From Octopus sinensis (Eukaryota), in NCBI RefSeq assembly GCF_006345805.1, contig NW_021837027.1:2605-66604 (forward strand): a stretch of DNA of 64,000 bases. The letters run 5' to 3'. The position numbers and the translations under genes are program-made. This document shows, in pieces, positions 1 to 13,678 of the stretch. Every line of letters begins with the position of its first letter. Positions within the stretch are counted from its first letter, which is position 1. Under the pieces are notes generated by a model. It was not told the DNA's origin. It ran no database searches and was given only the letters and a program-made list of their open reading frames with translations.

Positions 1-47
1 ATCGGATCAACTGGAACCCTCGTCATCATAACCAACGGAGTGCCACG

Positions 48-109
<62 letters not shown>

Positions 110-716
110 TTGTGTGTGTGTGTGTGTGTGTATGTGTGTGTGTTTCCGTTTACCAAATCCACTCACAAAGCTTTGGTCGGCCCAGTGCTATGCTACGCAG
201 TGAGACTGAACGCAGTATCATGCGGTTAGGAAGCCAACTTCTACTACATTAGAAAGAGGAACGGTAAAGGAGACGTCAGTGATACTTAAATTCATTAAAT
301 AAAAGCTCGTTAATAAACACCACAAGGTAGTGGCTCACGATTTTGACGATCAATGACCAAAAGATAAAAAGTAAAATTAAACACCGCTGGAGTTGAATCC
401 GCAACCCTGGGAAATGTTTCTAATGTGTTTTCTTTTTTTTAATTTCCTTGATTTGTGAATCAATTTCGCGGAAATGCTATAACAATGAAAGCGCCGGCAG
501 CTGTGAATTTACTGAGGAGGCGAAATAAGGCTGACATCTGAGTTGTCACAATAGCTAAAACATCATATTCACTTCATCCCTGCATGTATTCAATCATAGA
601 GAAATACATAAACGCACACCCACCCACACACGCACACACAAACACACGCACTCACACACGAACACACACACGAACACACACACGCACACGCACACATGCA
701 CACACGCATGTGTGCC

Positions 717-814
<98 letters not shown>

Positions 815-2182
815 CAGACAGGGTGTGACACAAGCACACAACCATGAGTGCATAGCATCTTATAGCAGAAACAGCTGCAAGCTAATGAAGTTCATTTTAT
901 AATTACTTGCCAGTTAATTAACTTCTCATTACGCTCTGTGCTCGACTTACGCCTCGCAGTTCTTCGTGTCGACGAGTAACACACTACATCTACAAAAATG
1001 TATTCTAATCGAAATAAACAAAACGGAGATTAATAAAACCAGGTGCCTTTTGACAAGTCACCTGATGCGACACATCCGCACCTACCATGCAACACAGCTG
1101 TTTGTATAGCATCTCACCCACGAGGCGCCGCGGCACGATGGGTCGAAACGATCGAAGTGAATAATAAAGAATCTCGTGAATTCGTTTTCTTTTTCTCATA
1201 TTTTCATAAACTGTACGGACATGAAGGGTTTCCTGAAATAAATCCAGTGGTACATACCTCCATATTATTAACATCAGGTAACCGAATACTGTGACGGGCT
1301 TTAAACGGCACACTATAAGATGTATACCCGAATGTAATTTATTACTCATATATACATACACACATACATACACACATACATACATACATACATACATACA
1401 TACATACCATACATACATACATACATACATACATACATACGCATACATACACATACATACATACATACATACACATACATACATACATACATACACATAC
1501 ATACATATATACATACATACATACATACACACATACATACACATACATACATACACATACATACGTACATACACACATACGCATATATACATACATTACG
1601 TACGTACATACATAGGCGCACATCTTTTGAAATAGTGGATATCTCGAAACATGCAAATATTGGGCTGAAAATCTCTTTTGAAAATTGAAAGCTCCCCGTG
1701 GGACACGAACCCACATCTGTTGACATGACAAACGTTTTCCCATCAAACCCAATGTAATCCTTCGAATTCCTTATAAGCTTATAAGCGATCACCGAGCAAT
1801 GACTAAAGAAAATAGTCTAATATTGGGACATATAAGCCCTCGACGGGTAAAAGTGGGTTTTCCGTACGCGTGGGAATCGAACCCTCACCTCTTATAGGTC
1901 GTTGAATGCTGGAAATGAGGAGTCGATCGACAGCCGACAACTGATGAAGGGTCCTTTCTCTGTGTCCTGTTCTTCATTTTTTCTCGTTGTTTAGCATTTC
2001 ATGTTATTTTCACCGTTGGTGACATCCTGTACCCATATATGCATGTATACATACATACATACATACATACATACATACATACATACATACATACATACAT
2101 ACATACATACATGCATACATACGCACATACATACATACATAATACATACATACATGCATACATACATACATACATACATACA

Positions 2183-2286
<104 letters not shown>

Positions 2287-2292
2287 TAATAT

Positions 2293-2323
<31 letters not shown>

Positions 2324-2344
2324 TATATAACTTAACTTAGAATA

Positions 2345-5300
2345 ACTTAGAAAGGTTTTGGCCAATATTGGCCCAGGCCATGTCAAACTTAATAGCACCA
2401 CCTGGCGAAGTCTTTCAATTCAGGATTTGGGCACCGAGGCCCATTCGAGCAGAGGGTTATTGTTTGCGGAGACATATCCGGGTGTGGGTGGTTTGTCCGA
2501 GACTGTTTGAAGGAATTTGTCCAAAGACTTCTTGAATTTTGTGTGGTCAGTTTCTTTTTTGACGTGTCCTGGTGTAATGTTGAAGAGATCGGGTCCAATT
2601 GAGGTGAAATAGTTGTACCGTATTGTCGTTATGTGATGCGATTTAGATTTTTGTTGTGGACGGATGGCACGTGATCCAAGCCTTGGATGTATTTTGAAGG
2701 TGATGCCAACATCATTCGGACAGTGCTGATGGAATATTTTCCACATCATACAGATAATGTAGCGTTCACGGCGTCGTTGGAGTGAATACAGTTTCAGCTT
2801 CTCTAGTCTACCCCAGTTCAAGGTCTGACATGCCATCTATCTTTTTGTGATTGACCTTTGGGGAGCTTCAATTCTCATAATATTTTGTTTTGTGTAGGGA
2901 GACCACAGTGGACAGCATATTGAAGGTGGGGTCGGGCAAAAGTGGAGAAGAGAGGATAATAGTGTGGGAATCTCTCGACTGGAAGGTTCTGAGAATCCAG
3001 GAACACATTCTGCGGGCCATGTCAACTTTGCTGCTTATATGTGTAGCCCAGCTTATGTTGTTGTTCACTGTTACTCCCAAGTCTCTGATGTTGTTGGATG
3101 CCATGAGAATTTCTCCAGAAGGAAGAGAGTATGGGAGTTTCAGAGCGTGCTCCCTTCCAAAGTGGATCAGTTCGAATTTGTCTTCATTTAGCAACATGTT
3201 ATTCTTTTCCGCCCATTGGACAACAGCCAGTAGGTCTGACTGAAGGTTTATTTGGTCATCCACGCCATTGATGACCTTCTGGAGCTTGGAGTCATCAGCG
3301 AAGGTTCTGATGTTACTGTGTTTGATGGTGTCAGTAATATCATTTATGTAGATGATGAAGAGAAGTGGGCCCAACACAGTGCCTTATGGGACACCACTGC
3401 TGACTTTGGCTGGGCTGGATTTGACCCCTTCGACTACAACATGTTGGGTTCTGTTAGACAGGAAGCACTTGGTCCACTGCAGCAGCTTTCCAGTGACACC
3501 AATATTGGACAGCTTTCTCAGAAGGATCTTATGATCAACCCTGTCAAAGGCCTTGCTGAAATCAAGGTAGATGACATCAGTGTTGGAACCCTCTCCCAAG
3601 GCTCTCAAAATGTCATCAAAATGATGCAGTAGCTGCGTCAGGCAATCTCTTCCATTACGGAATCCATGCTGGTTGGAGTTCAGTATATTATGACTCTCAA
3701 GGAAGTGAGTCATACGCGATCTCAGCACTCTCTCAAATACCTTAATGATATGAGAGGTGAGTGAGATTGGACGGTAATTCACGGCAAGCAATTTGTTTCC
3801 TTTTTTGAAAACTGGGACAACAGACTGGGATAGAAGGTCTTCTGGTATATATCCAGCATCCAGTGAGTTCCGCCACAGATTGGCTAGAGGGGGTGCAAGT
3901 TGGTTTTGACACATCTTCAAGACACAAGCAGGGAATCTGTCGGGACCTACTGCTGAATTATGCTTCATTTCCTTTATTGCTGCTAAGACATCAGGAGCGC
4001 CAAAGGTTATGTCCGATAAAGTGTATTGGGGAGTAACATCACTGATACAGCCCAGATCAGTCATATCAGGATTGCTGAAAACAGAGCAATATTGTTTCTG
4101 CAATATCTCTCCCATGGTTTTGGCATTGTCTTGAAGAGTACCATTTTCATCAATCAGAGGGCCAACAGTAGAACCAGTGACTCTGTGTTTTTTTGCAAAT
4201 GAAAAGAACACTTTGGGATTGAGTTTGATCTTCTCAATGGCCCAGGCCTCTTCAGCTCTTCGCTGACTATTGATGATAGACATCATGTTGTTTTGGAGTT
4301 TATGTTTTTTAATCTCTAGCGACGAGATGGCAGTCAGGTTGGTGTGTTGCTGTTGACAGTATTTCAGCATGTTGATCTTTTGTTGATTCTTTTAATTTCT
4401 CATGAGAGATTTTCTATTTCTAGGGATTCGACACTTAGATTTGTTTGCAGATCTTAATGGGGTGTGTCTTGCACATATGTTCGTGATGGTGTCTACAAGT
4501 GACTGCCAGGACTTTTTAATGTTAGTGGGTGTGTATGTGTGCGTGAAGGACCAATCGACTTGTGCAAGATCATTATTGATCGCTTCCCAGTTTGCATTGT
4601 GGAAATCCATAGTGTCAAATGGATGAACAGGAGGGATGACATTTGTTTTGCATTTTGGCCAGTGAAATCTCAGATCACAGAGAACCATGTCATGATCGGA
4701 AAGTAGGGTTTTCTCCACTGCAATATTGTGGATAGTATCAGTGTGATTGCTGAAAATTAAGTCTAAGACGTTTTTATGACATCTCGTTGGTTCGAGTACC
4801 AGTTGGGACAGGAAGAAATCATCCATGAAGTCAAGAAGCGATTCCACTGCCTCCCTGTCAGGGGTTGAGAGAGAAGAACCTGGCGGCAGACTGTTTGTAG
4901 ACCAGTCAACCCCGGGAAGGTTGAAGTCTCCCATCATTAAAATGTTGTCAGGTTGACACTGCTGAATGAAACACTTTATGCTGTTGAGGCATTCCTTGAA
5001 GCATGGTAGGGTGTTGGGGTGGTCTGTAGAGCCCAACTACTGTTAAGTTGTTGGTTTGACTGAATACAGCGACTGTTTCGCAATATCCATTGGAAAATAT
5101 GTTCATGGCTTCTGTTGAGAATGAATCATGAACATAAATGGCAGTCCCACCCTTTCTTCTGCCAGCACGATCAGCACGAATGGTTTGAAATTTTTAACTT
5201 TCACCTCGGCTTCCAAGTGAAGGTTACTAAGATGGGTTTCAGTGAGGACGAAGAAGGGATGTGGTTTGGATGGGCCTCGACCCAGTCCTCCAGGAATCTT

Positions 5301-5560
5301 ATCTTCCATTTTTGTGTATTGGTGGAAGGGCTGATACCTTGGGCATTAAGCAGAAATGTTGAGGCGAGAGTGGATGGTTTTAATTGTTTTGGTGATTTGT
5401 TTATTGATTGCTTTTTAATGGCATGTGCAGTGGGGTAATAGTGGGGATGGTGGTGGGGTGATAGCTCGGATGTTTTTTTTCCAGTTCTTTTGCTAGATTC
5501 ATTATAGCTAAAAAAGAGGAAGAAGAGGTGGTTTCCTGTCTAGGGAACTGTAGGTGACTG
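2345..5560 (-). mobile_element. CR1-group non-LTR retrotransposon, near-complete but frameshifted ORF2 (APE endonuclease + RT)
   Basis: Minus-strand segments: LLNAQGI..LTETHLS (5103-5360); GDFNLP..DLIFSN..LSDH (4392-5036); NYRPISLTS..NQHGFR..YLDFSKAFDRVDH..SGVP (3384-4370); GPLLFIIYIND..FADDSKL (2868-3377); SLQRRRERY (2420-2836). Short ttctaagtta repeat tail near 2335-2350. Confidence 0.9.
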
Positions 5561-5643
5561 TGGTTGTGGTTATTTTATATGAGTGGTTATTTCTATATAA
5601 GTCGTAGGTTTTTTTGCTTTATATATATTATATATATTATATC

Positions 5644-5677
<34 letters not shown>

Positions 5678-5714
5678 GTATGTATTGCATCATCCATACT
5701 CTCAACAATGCGCC

Positions 5715-6275
5715 CTATAATATGGTTTCTGATTACAAATATCTTGGGTCATACATATCATCATCTGGAAAAGACTTTCTAACTAGAAAGGGTATGGCCT
5801 GGTCAGCCTGTAATGACATGCATAAGATCTGGTCATCAAATCTAAGTAGAGATTTCAAACTTGAAATCTTCAAAGCCACAGTCGAACCAATTCTACTATA
5901 TGGCTCAGAAACCTGGACGTTATCAAAGAAGCTTGAGAAGCGGTTGGATGGAACCTACACTCGCCTCCTTATGAGAGCTCAAAATCTCTCGTGGAAGCGC
6001 CATCCAACCAAAATGCAAATATATGGGAAACTACCACCAGTGTCATCTCTTGTGAAAGGTAGGAGAGTCCAGTTTGCTGGACATTGTTGTAGAGCTGAAA
6101 AAGAAGCCATCTACTCGCAATACCAGAGGGTGCACACTCTCCTACCCTGATGTAATCTCCAGGGATACAGGCATCCAGCAACACGACCTCCGTAATGCCA
6201 TGATGGACCGTGAAGTCTGGCGTAGCATGGTAAATTCCATTGTCTCGACCACGGTCGAACAATGATGATGATGAT
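5715..6275 (+). mobile_element. RTE-clade LINE, 5'-truncated 3' end
   Basis: DYKYLGSYI..ILLYGSETWTL..RRVQFAGHC and AMMDREVWR motifs, followed by a (TGA)n tail at about 6263. Confidence 0.85.
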
Positions 6276-7949
6276 GTATGTATACATATACATATATATA
6301 TATATATTTGTAATTCAGGTAAGGTAGCGTCTGGTGACGTAAGGTAATAGTTACAAGCAATTGGTTGTCAGATTGACTCGTCGTTGCCTTAAGCTGCAAC
6401 TTGAACTGCAGCTAAAAGCAAGGATGTTTGTGTTGCATAACGTCGATTGGCTTTAGGCAGTTTATCAATGGACCAGTTCTAGGCATAAAAGGATAAACCG
6501 GTAAAACAACTGGTACCAGGTTAGGTTATGGCATTTTTATCGTTAAACCTGAGCGTTGAGTTTTTACAAGGGTATAGATATTAAGGAAGTGGGTGGGGAT
6601 AAGAAGGTGTGTAGATGGCCTCTTACAGGTGTTTCAAGAACAGAGACACAGGTGGTGCACTTCCCTGCAGACAAAGATAAACTAAGAATGGAGTAGCTAT
6701 CTATTCCATCATCGGAGAGATATGCATGCGAGTATGTGTGTAGTGTGTGTATGTATTTGTGGATCTATGTGTCTCTGCACCGCTTGTCAACCAGTGTTGG
6801 TTTGTTTACGTCCCCGTAACTTAGCGGTTTAGCAATAGACACTGATAGAGTAAATACCAGACATAAAAATAGAGTACTGGTGCCGTGGTTTTCGACTGAA
6901 ATCATTCAAGGCGGTGCTACAGCATGGCCGCAATCCAGTGACTGAAACAAGTAAAAGAAGATGAAAGAAGTTTTGTTTGAGATTACGATATTCAGTAAAG
7001 TGTTGGCAACATGCAAAGGAAAATATCCAGAAATTGGTTATGTGTTGGGTGGGGGGGGGAGTCGGAAAGAAAGGTAGAAAGAGAAGCCGTCTGCCCTGGC
7101 CCCCTCATCTTTCTTAATAAAGGGGGAAGAGGAAGCCTAACAACAGTTGTTAAACCATTGTTTGAAAAAGGAAATTAAACGACACGTGACCGACTTAAAT
7201 AGCAAATGACAATGAAGACTCTTCTTATCTCCGCCTCTTCATTCCTGCAGATTAGCGAAAAGTCGCTAAAATATTATATAACACCTCACATTGAGCTTTG
7301 GATTAAGGTTTCAACTCTGTGCCGAATGTGACGAATAAAACGATAGTTCATTGGCTAATCCTACTTAACTGAACCAATGGAACTTGATTTTGTTCCATCA
7401 ACTGCAAATCTGCCATCTTGCCGTTGTTTTGTCTCAAAGATACATCCAATCAACTGCTAACGTTTCCTGTGAAAAGTTACTTGAATAAAGAATTAATTTC
7501 GGTTTCTTAAGTACTGGCATTTTCTCTTTCATAAATGTAATTAAAAATAAACAATCTTTAATAATTCTGGGCAGAAATGAAAACATCAGTTGTTTTGCAA
7601 TGATCGTCTTTTTCCATTCCTGTCTAATCGGACATTTCTAGCTCAAAATGAAAGTAATGCTTTTATAACTTGGATATTATACAAGTTGCTACCGTTGCCA
7701 TTAATGATAAAAGACTCCCAACAGTGACGGCACTGCCACAGCATTATAACCCTGGGCATGATAGAAGTTTGTTTTGTGACATCCTTAACTTCGTTTGTCA
7801 ATATTGAATCAGATTCCACTTGAGAGTGAGTCGAATGTTGACTTAAACACAGCAACACTCAACAAACAAAACAATTCACAGTATTATCGTAAAACAACAG
7901 CAACAGCAATAACAACAATATAAATAACTACTACTACTACTACTACTAC

Positions 7950-8021
<72 letters not shown>

Positions 8022-8079
8022 GGAGGAGGAGGAGGAAGAGGAGGAAGAGGAGGATGCAGTAACAAGTAGTTGTTCTCAT

Positions 8080-8612
8080 GGCTTCTGATCTTAACTGATT
8101 GGAAGTGTTATGTACATTGTTTTGTCTTGGTATAAAAGATAGGCTACAGCAAATATTCTGCTCAATACCACAGATTTGCTTGTCAGTTGTTTGACCTTAA
8201 CCAGTTGAGCATGTCCTTTAGTGGCTGACGATATATGCATCTCTGATCACGAGCAGAAGTAGTGGGGGAGCATCATAGCCATGTGTTGAGGGGGATTCTT
8301 TGGGGTTTGAATAATACACCTCTGGAAACATAGATGTTTTGTTCATCATCTTTAAACAACCCTTATTCAGGGACCTTTTGAGCAGGATGGGCTACTCAAC
8401 CCGAAGAAAACTCTAACTAGTCCCCTACCTGCAAGGTCATACACAGTTTATCTTGATATGAAATCACCATATCACGCACATATGGTTGTGATGCATGTGC
8501 TTAGTGTACCCTTATCAGACGGGTAGTCATGATGGGTATGCTGGGCTTGGTATATTTTACCCCAGTGTCAGTTTGGTGGCATGCACTGCTCTCTCACTCA
8601 ATAACAATAATG
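8080..8612 (+). repeat. 3' end of a (TAA)n-tailed dispersed retroelement
   Basis: Unique-complexity block ending ..ggtggcatgcactgctctctcactcaataa(taa)n; the same terminus appears inverted at 61095-61118. Confidence 0.55.
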
Positions 8613-8827
8613 ATAATAATAATAAATAATAATAAATAATAATAATAATATGATGTTGATTTATATTATTTTGGTTATAATAAAACACCAGGCAAAGAAG
8701 AAAACGAAATTCAGATATACATAGAATTATAGATACATACATACAAACAACCAATCATGCGCACATACATGCGTATATACGTGCATACATGCATGCACAC
8801 ATAGCTATATACATATATGTATGTATG

Positions 8828-8886
<59 letters not shown>

Positions 8887-8911
8887 TAATAATAATAATA
8901 ATAATAATATA

Positions 8912-8954
<43 letters not shown>

Positions 8955-9052
8955 CTAGAATGAGACTGAAATATGTAATTTTGTCAAGACTGAATACACA
9001 CACACACACACACACAAATACACACACACGTACATAGAACGGAAACTGTAGC

Positions 9053-9105
<53 letters not shown>

Positions 9106-9192
9106 CAGCAGCAGTAGTAGTAAGCAGCAAATTTCAGGTTATCCTTACGTGGGCGCGCCTAAGTGCGCGTGTATATGTGTAGTTTCTGATAG

Positions 9193-9243
<51 letters not shown>

Positions 9244-9639
9244 CGTGAAAACAGTTTCTTGCTGCCCCTCCCCTCAATGAAAACACCACAAACTGGAGAC
9301 AATAAATTACAGTTGTTAACTAAGTAACATGACACAACATGAAGGAAAAACAGGGGACAATTTCAGCGGTTTTAGGAGTTTCACCAACAATACCGAAACA
9401 TTCCTTAAAGTCTGAGGTAACCGAACTAATACAGAAACAAAATGGCTGCTACTGACTTCCCCGGTATTGTCTGTGTGTCCTTTCAACTCTGATCGCCATT
9501 ACTTTTTCTTGTACTTGATGGACCTAACTGATTCCCTACTAAAGCCACCTCCCCCAAAGTTGTTCTTTTAATTTCTTTCTTTGCTTCCTGACCTGCTGCG
9601 GTTGTCTGATGTCTCGACATAATGTATACACCCCCGCGC

Positions 9640-9671
<32 letters not shown>

Positions 9672-9787
9672 TTATCCCCACCCCTCACACACACACACAC
9701 ATACACACACTTATAACTTCTTTGATGATACTTGTAGAATATTTGATTTACTGAGACATGTTGTAAGAATACGAATATATATATATT

Positions 9788-9866
<79 letters not shown>

Positions 9867-10021
9867 TATGTGTGTGTGTATGTGTGTGTATTATATATAT
9901 ATATATATATATATTTATAATCGCACACAAAGGAGACACAAACGCATGCACACATAAGGATACACATCATAGAAGAACAGAATGGACTAAGTGGAGCAAG
10001 AACACTTGTGAAAATAAAAAG

Positions 10022-10066
10022 TGTCACTGAAGAGGTCACAGATGTGTGGCGAAAGATTTTCGGACA
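10022..10066 (+). ncRNA. Degenerate type I hammerhead motif
   Basis: TGTCA-CTGAAGA-G-GTCACA-GATG-TGTGGC-GAAA-GATTT-TC-GGACA. The core is intact and stem II is 6 bp, but the stem I closing pair is mismatched. Confidence 0.5.
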
Positions 10067-10311
10067 ATGGACATGAGTTAAAATAATAGAATAAGAACAG
10101 TAATAAATGAGTGAAGAAAAATATATAAAAAGAAATGACCATGGCGGTGCCCTAGCATGGCCACAGCTCGTGAGCTAAACTAGAATCAAGAGATCTCGAA
10201 TACAAGAAAACCTGTTTCAACACAGGATTTCACATCAGGAATCTTGCAAGACAAATTATAAACGTATATACATAATACATACATACATACATACATACTA
10301 CATACATACAT

Positions 10312-10386
<75 letters not shown>

Positions 10387-10686
10387 ATATATATATATAT
10401 ACTTTTATATACAAATATGTGCATCACGTGTGTATCGTTGGCGATTTTTTCCTCCGTCTTCCCTTCCTTGGATCTTTCCTTCTCCTATGTTTCTCCTATG
10501 TTATTACCCTTTTTTGATTATATTCACATATTACTTGATAGATTTGTTCGTAAAAAATTTTCCCGGCATGCTCTATATCACCGGGTAGATTTTGCGTCTG
10601 CGCAGAGGTTTGAAAACTTAAGATTTACAAATTGTTTAGATCAACACATGGTCTAACGCTCTGTGCATCTCGAATTAACAAAGGCG

Positions 10687-10764
10687 TCTCGCTGATGAAA
10701 CCGGCCTTAGCAAACATATTCGGTCTGTTTTGCTAGGAAGAGGTAGAAACTGATCAGTCCGGGA
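10687..10764 (+). ncRNA. Type I hammerhead ribozyme motif with extended stem II
   Basis: TCTCG-CTGATGA-AACC..(ccttagcaaac/gttttgctagg)..GGTA-GAAA-CTGATCAG-TC-CGGGA. Stem III is the palindrome ACTGATCAGT, the site is GUC, and there is an A.A mismatch at the base of stem II. Confidence 0.65.
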
Positions 10765-10884
10765 TATATCGTTAAAGGTAAATGTTTTTGATTTTCACTC
10801 TCGATGAATTTATCCCTTTTTTGTGTCCCTAGCACTTGGCATCCTTATTTGGGAGCCCTTAATTATATATATATATATATATAT

Positions 10885-11206
10885 AATGTTAGAGCGTCGA
10901 GCTTACGATCGTGAGGTTGTGAGCTCGAATCCCGGACCGGGCTGCGTGTTGGGTTCTTGAGCAAGGCACTTTATTTCACGTTGCTCCAGTTCACTCAGCT
11001 GTAGAAATGAGTTGCGACGTCACTGGTGCCAAGCTGTATCGACCTTTGTCTTTCCCTTGGATAACACTGGTGGTGTGGAGAGGGGAGGCTGGTATGCATG
11101 GGCGACTGCTGGTCTTCCATAAACAACCTTGCCCAGACTTGTATCTAGGAGGGTAACTTTCTAGGTGCAATCCCATGGTCATTCATGACCGAAGGGGGTC
11201 TTTACC

Positions 11207-11210
<4 letters not shown>
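10885..11210 (+). mobile_element. tRNA-derived SINE family D; second copy at about 11695-11935
   Basis: B box gctcgaatcccggacc; the cttgagcaaggcactttatttcacgttg domain is shared with the 11695 copy. Confidence 0.75.
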
Positions 11211-11254
<44 letters not shown>

Positions 11255-11983
11255 AATTCGATGAGAAATTGTGTTAACCTCATGAAGGGATGGTTCCATC
11301 TAAGGAAATACTGGTTGAATACCTATTTTTTGGGTGGGGGGAATTAATTTCCTTTTAAAAATAGGTATATATAGAAAAACTTATAGTTTATATTCATATA
11401 AAAGAAGAAAATGAAAATAGAGATTAGTAAGTTAATTGTTTATTATTAACAACAAATCAATCATCATCCCTTACAGCTGTTTCAGTTAATGCACAGTGAA
11501 TCTAATTGAATATTAAATTCATATGAGCATAATATCTTCAGAGGGAAAGAAAATATACCTTTGGATGTTTTATATGTGTTTATGGATTCATTATAGCGGA
11601 CTGAATGATAGTGTTTATGAATTATTTTTTTATATGTTCGGTCGAGGGGTTTGTAGGTTGAGTGGAGATGAGATAGAGTAGGTAAATAGATACATGTGGA
11701 GGCGCATTGTTTAGTGGTTAAGGTGTTACACTCACGATTGCAAGATCGTAGTTTCGAATCCCAGACCGGGCGTTGCGCCGTGTTCTTCATCAAAGAACTT
11801 CATTTCACGTTGTTCTGCAATCTTTTCGACATCTGACATGTGGCACCTGTCGCACCTGTACAGGTAATGTCGATTTGATGGAGGAAGTGAGTTTATGTCT
11901 ACACAAACATTTGATCACTATAAACAAATCATAAGAAATTGAAGAACCCTCATACGTCGTCTAACGAGAGGAGAGTCCATCAT

Positions 11984-12021
<38 letters not shown>

Positions 12022-12410
12022 TTCTACCAATTACATTTGGGGTTATATTTCAAAAGTCTTCGTTTTGGTGCGCCAAAATACCGGAAATAATTCTGCAGAA
12101 AATATTTTCTCCACAGATTCTCCAAACCACATCATTTCTATTTTTCTTATCTTCCTTGAAGATCTTCGATAACAAAAGTTGTCTGTTTCTTTAAATTCTT
12201 GCTGTTCAATATCTCCAAATCTCCTGAGTTTTTTCTTCTTTCATTGATCTTTGTAATGTTATTTCTTCGATTCCGTTTCCTTTCCGTCGCGGAGCAGTGT
12301 CACATATTGTGTGTTTGTGTGTCTTTTCTGCATAGGCTGTAGCTTAGATAGTCAAGGTTGGATATGTTCAACTCGTTACAGCACCCACACAGAGAATAGC
12401 AAATCATAAT

Positions 12411-12477
<67 letters not shown>

Positions 12478-13282
12478 ATTACTACTCTCTAACATGATGG
12501 TTAGGAAAAACGAGAACGATTTTATAGGTATCAGACTTTAGAATGAGTCCTGGGACTAATTAGATCAACGAAACTCTTCACTGTAGTGCTGCAGCATGGC
12601 TGCAGTCCAATGATTGAAGCCAGTAAATGAGTGAAGCTTATCTATTATGTTTATATGCAACCATGATTTAACTTGTAAAACTTCATGAAAAAATAATCAA
12701 AAATGAATAAAATCTTGTTTCGTTATTTTCTGGGCCGCCCTTTAATTAATATTCACAGCTTCCACCCAATTAGTTGCGGATTTCATTAAATTAGAAAACG
12801 CAAAGCAAATCTGTTCGCTGAGGCTTTCAACTCTTTCATTGATATAATTACTTCTAAACCTGTATCAAAATAAACCTATATATGTTCTCATGGATTAAAA
12901 CTCGGTCTTTGAGCGACCCATTCCACACAATTAGTTCCAAGAAATCTTTTCCAGGTTCTGATGCTTTTACCTCTCTACCATGACTAAGACCCTTCTCAAG
13001 AATTTAACAGCACTTTCGGTAGTTTCACTGGTTTTCAGCAACACCAACTGCTCTTCCTCCACTCTCACCATAACTTCAATTCCTCCTTCTTTAAACTCTT
13101 TCCTTGTTAACAATCCAGCTCCCGTCTTTTAGTTTTGTTGTGCTATGCAAAACATATATTTGTGTACATACACATTTATAAATATATCAGCGTATGTATG
13201 TATACACACATATACTTGTATACACACACACACACATATATAATATAAATGATATATATATGTATATAAATATATATATATA

Positions 13283-13472
13283 TATATTCAACAAAATATT
13301 AAGGAAAGACCCTTACAGGTCGTTCGACTCACTTGAAAAGAGCAGCCAAAACCGCAAAAATAGTAGTAATTCTGAAAGCTAAAGGAGGAAGAATTACTAC
13401 TATTTTTGCGGTTTGAGTTTTGGCTGCTCTTTTCAAGTGAGTCGAACGACCTGTAATATTTTGTTGAATATA
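13283..13472. repeat. Foldback element in TA context
   Basis: Arms ttacaggtcgttcgactcacttgaaaagagcagccaaaaccgcaaaaatagtagtaattct (13313-13373) and its reverse complement (13390-13456), with a 6-nt insertion. Confidence 0.9.
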
Positions 13473-13580
13473 TTATATAGTCTGTGACTATTTCTATTTT
13501 CTCACTTGACCGCTGGTTGCAGAAATTTTTTCTTGAATATTTTCTTGAATTATTTTGCTACCCTATATTGATAAATTATG

Positions 13581-13678
<98 letters not shown>

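Noticed and set aside
7213-7330. ELWIKVSTL peptide as a candidate Brachyury exon 1
   Set aside because: In-frame stop, no NEMIVTK, and no phase-2 donor.
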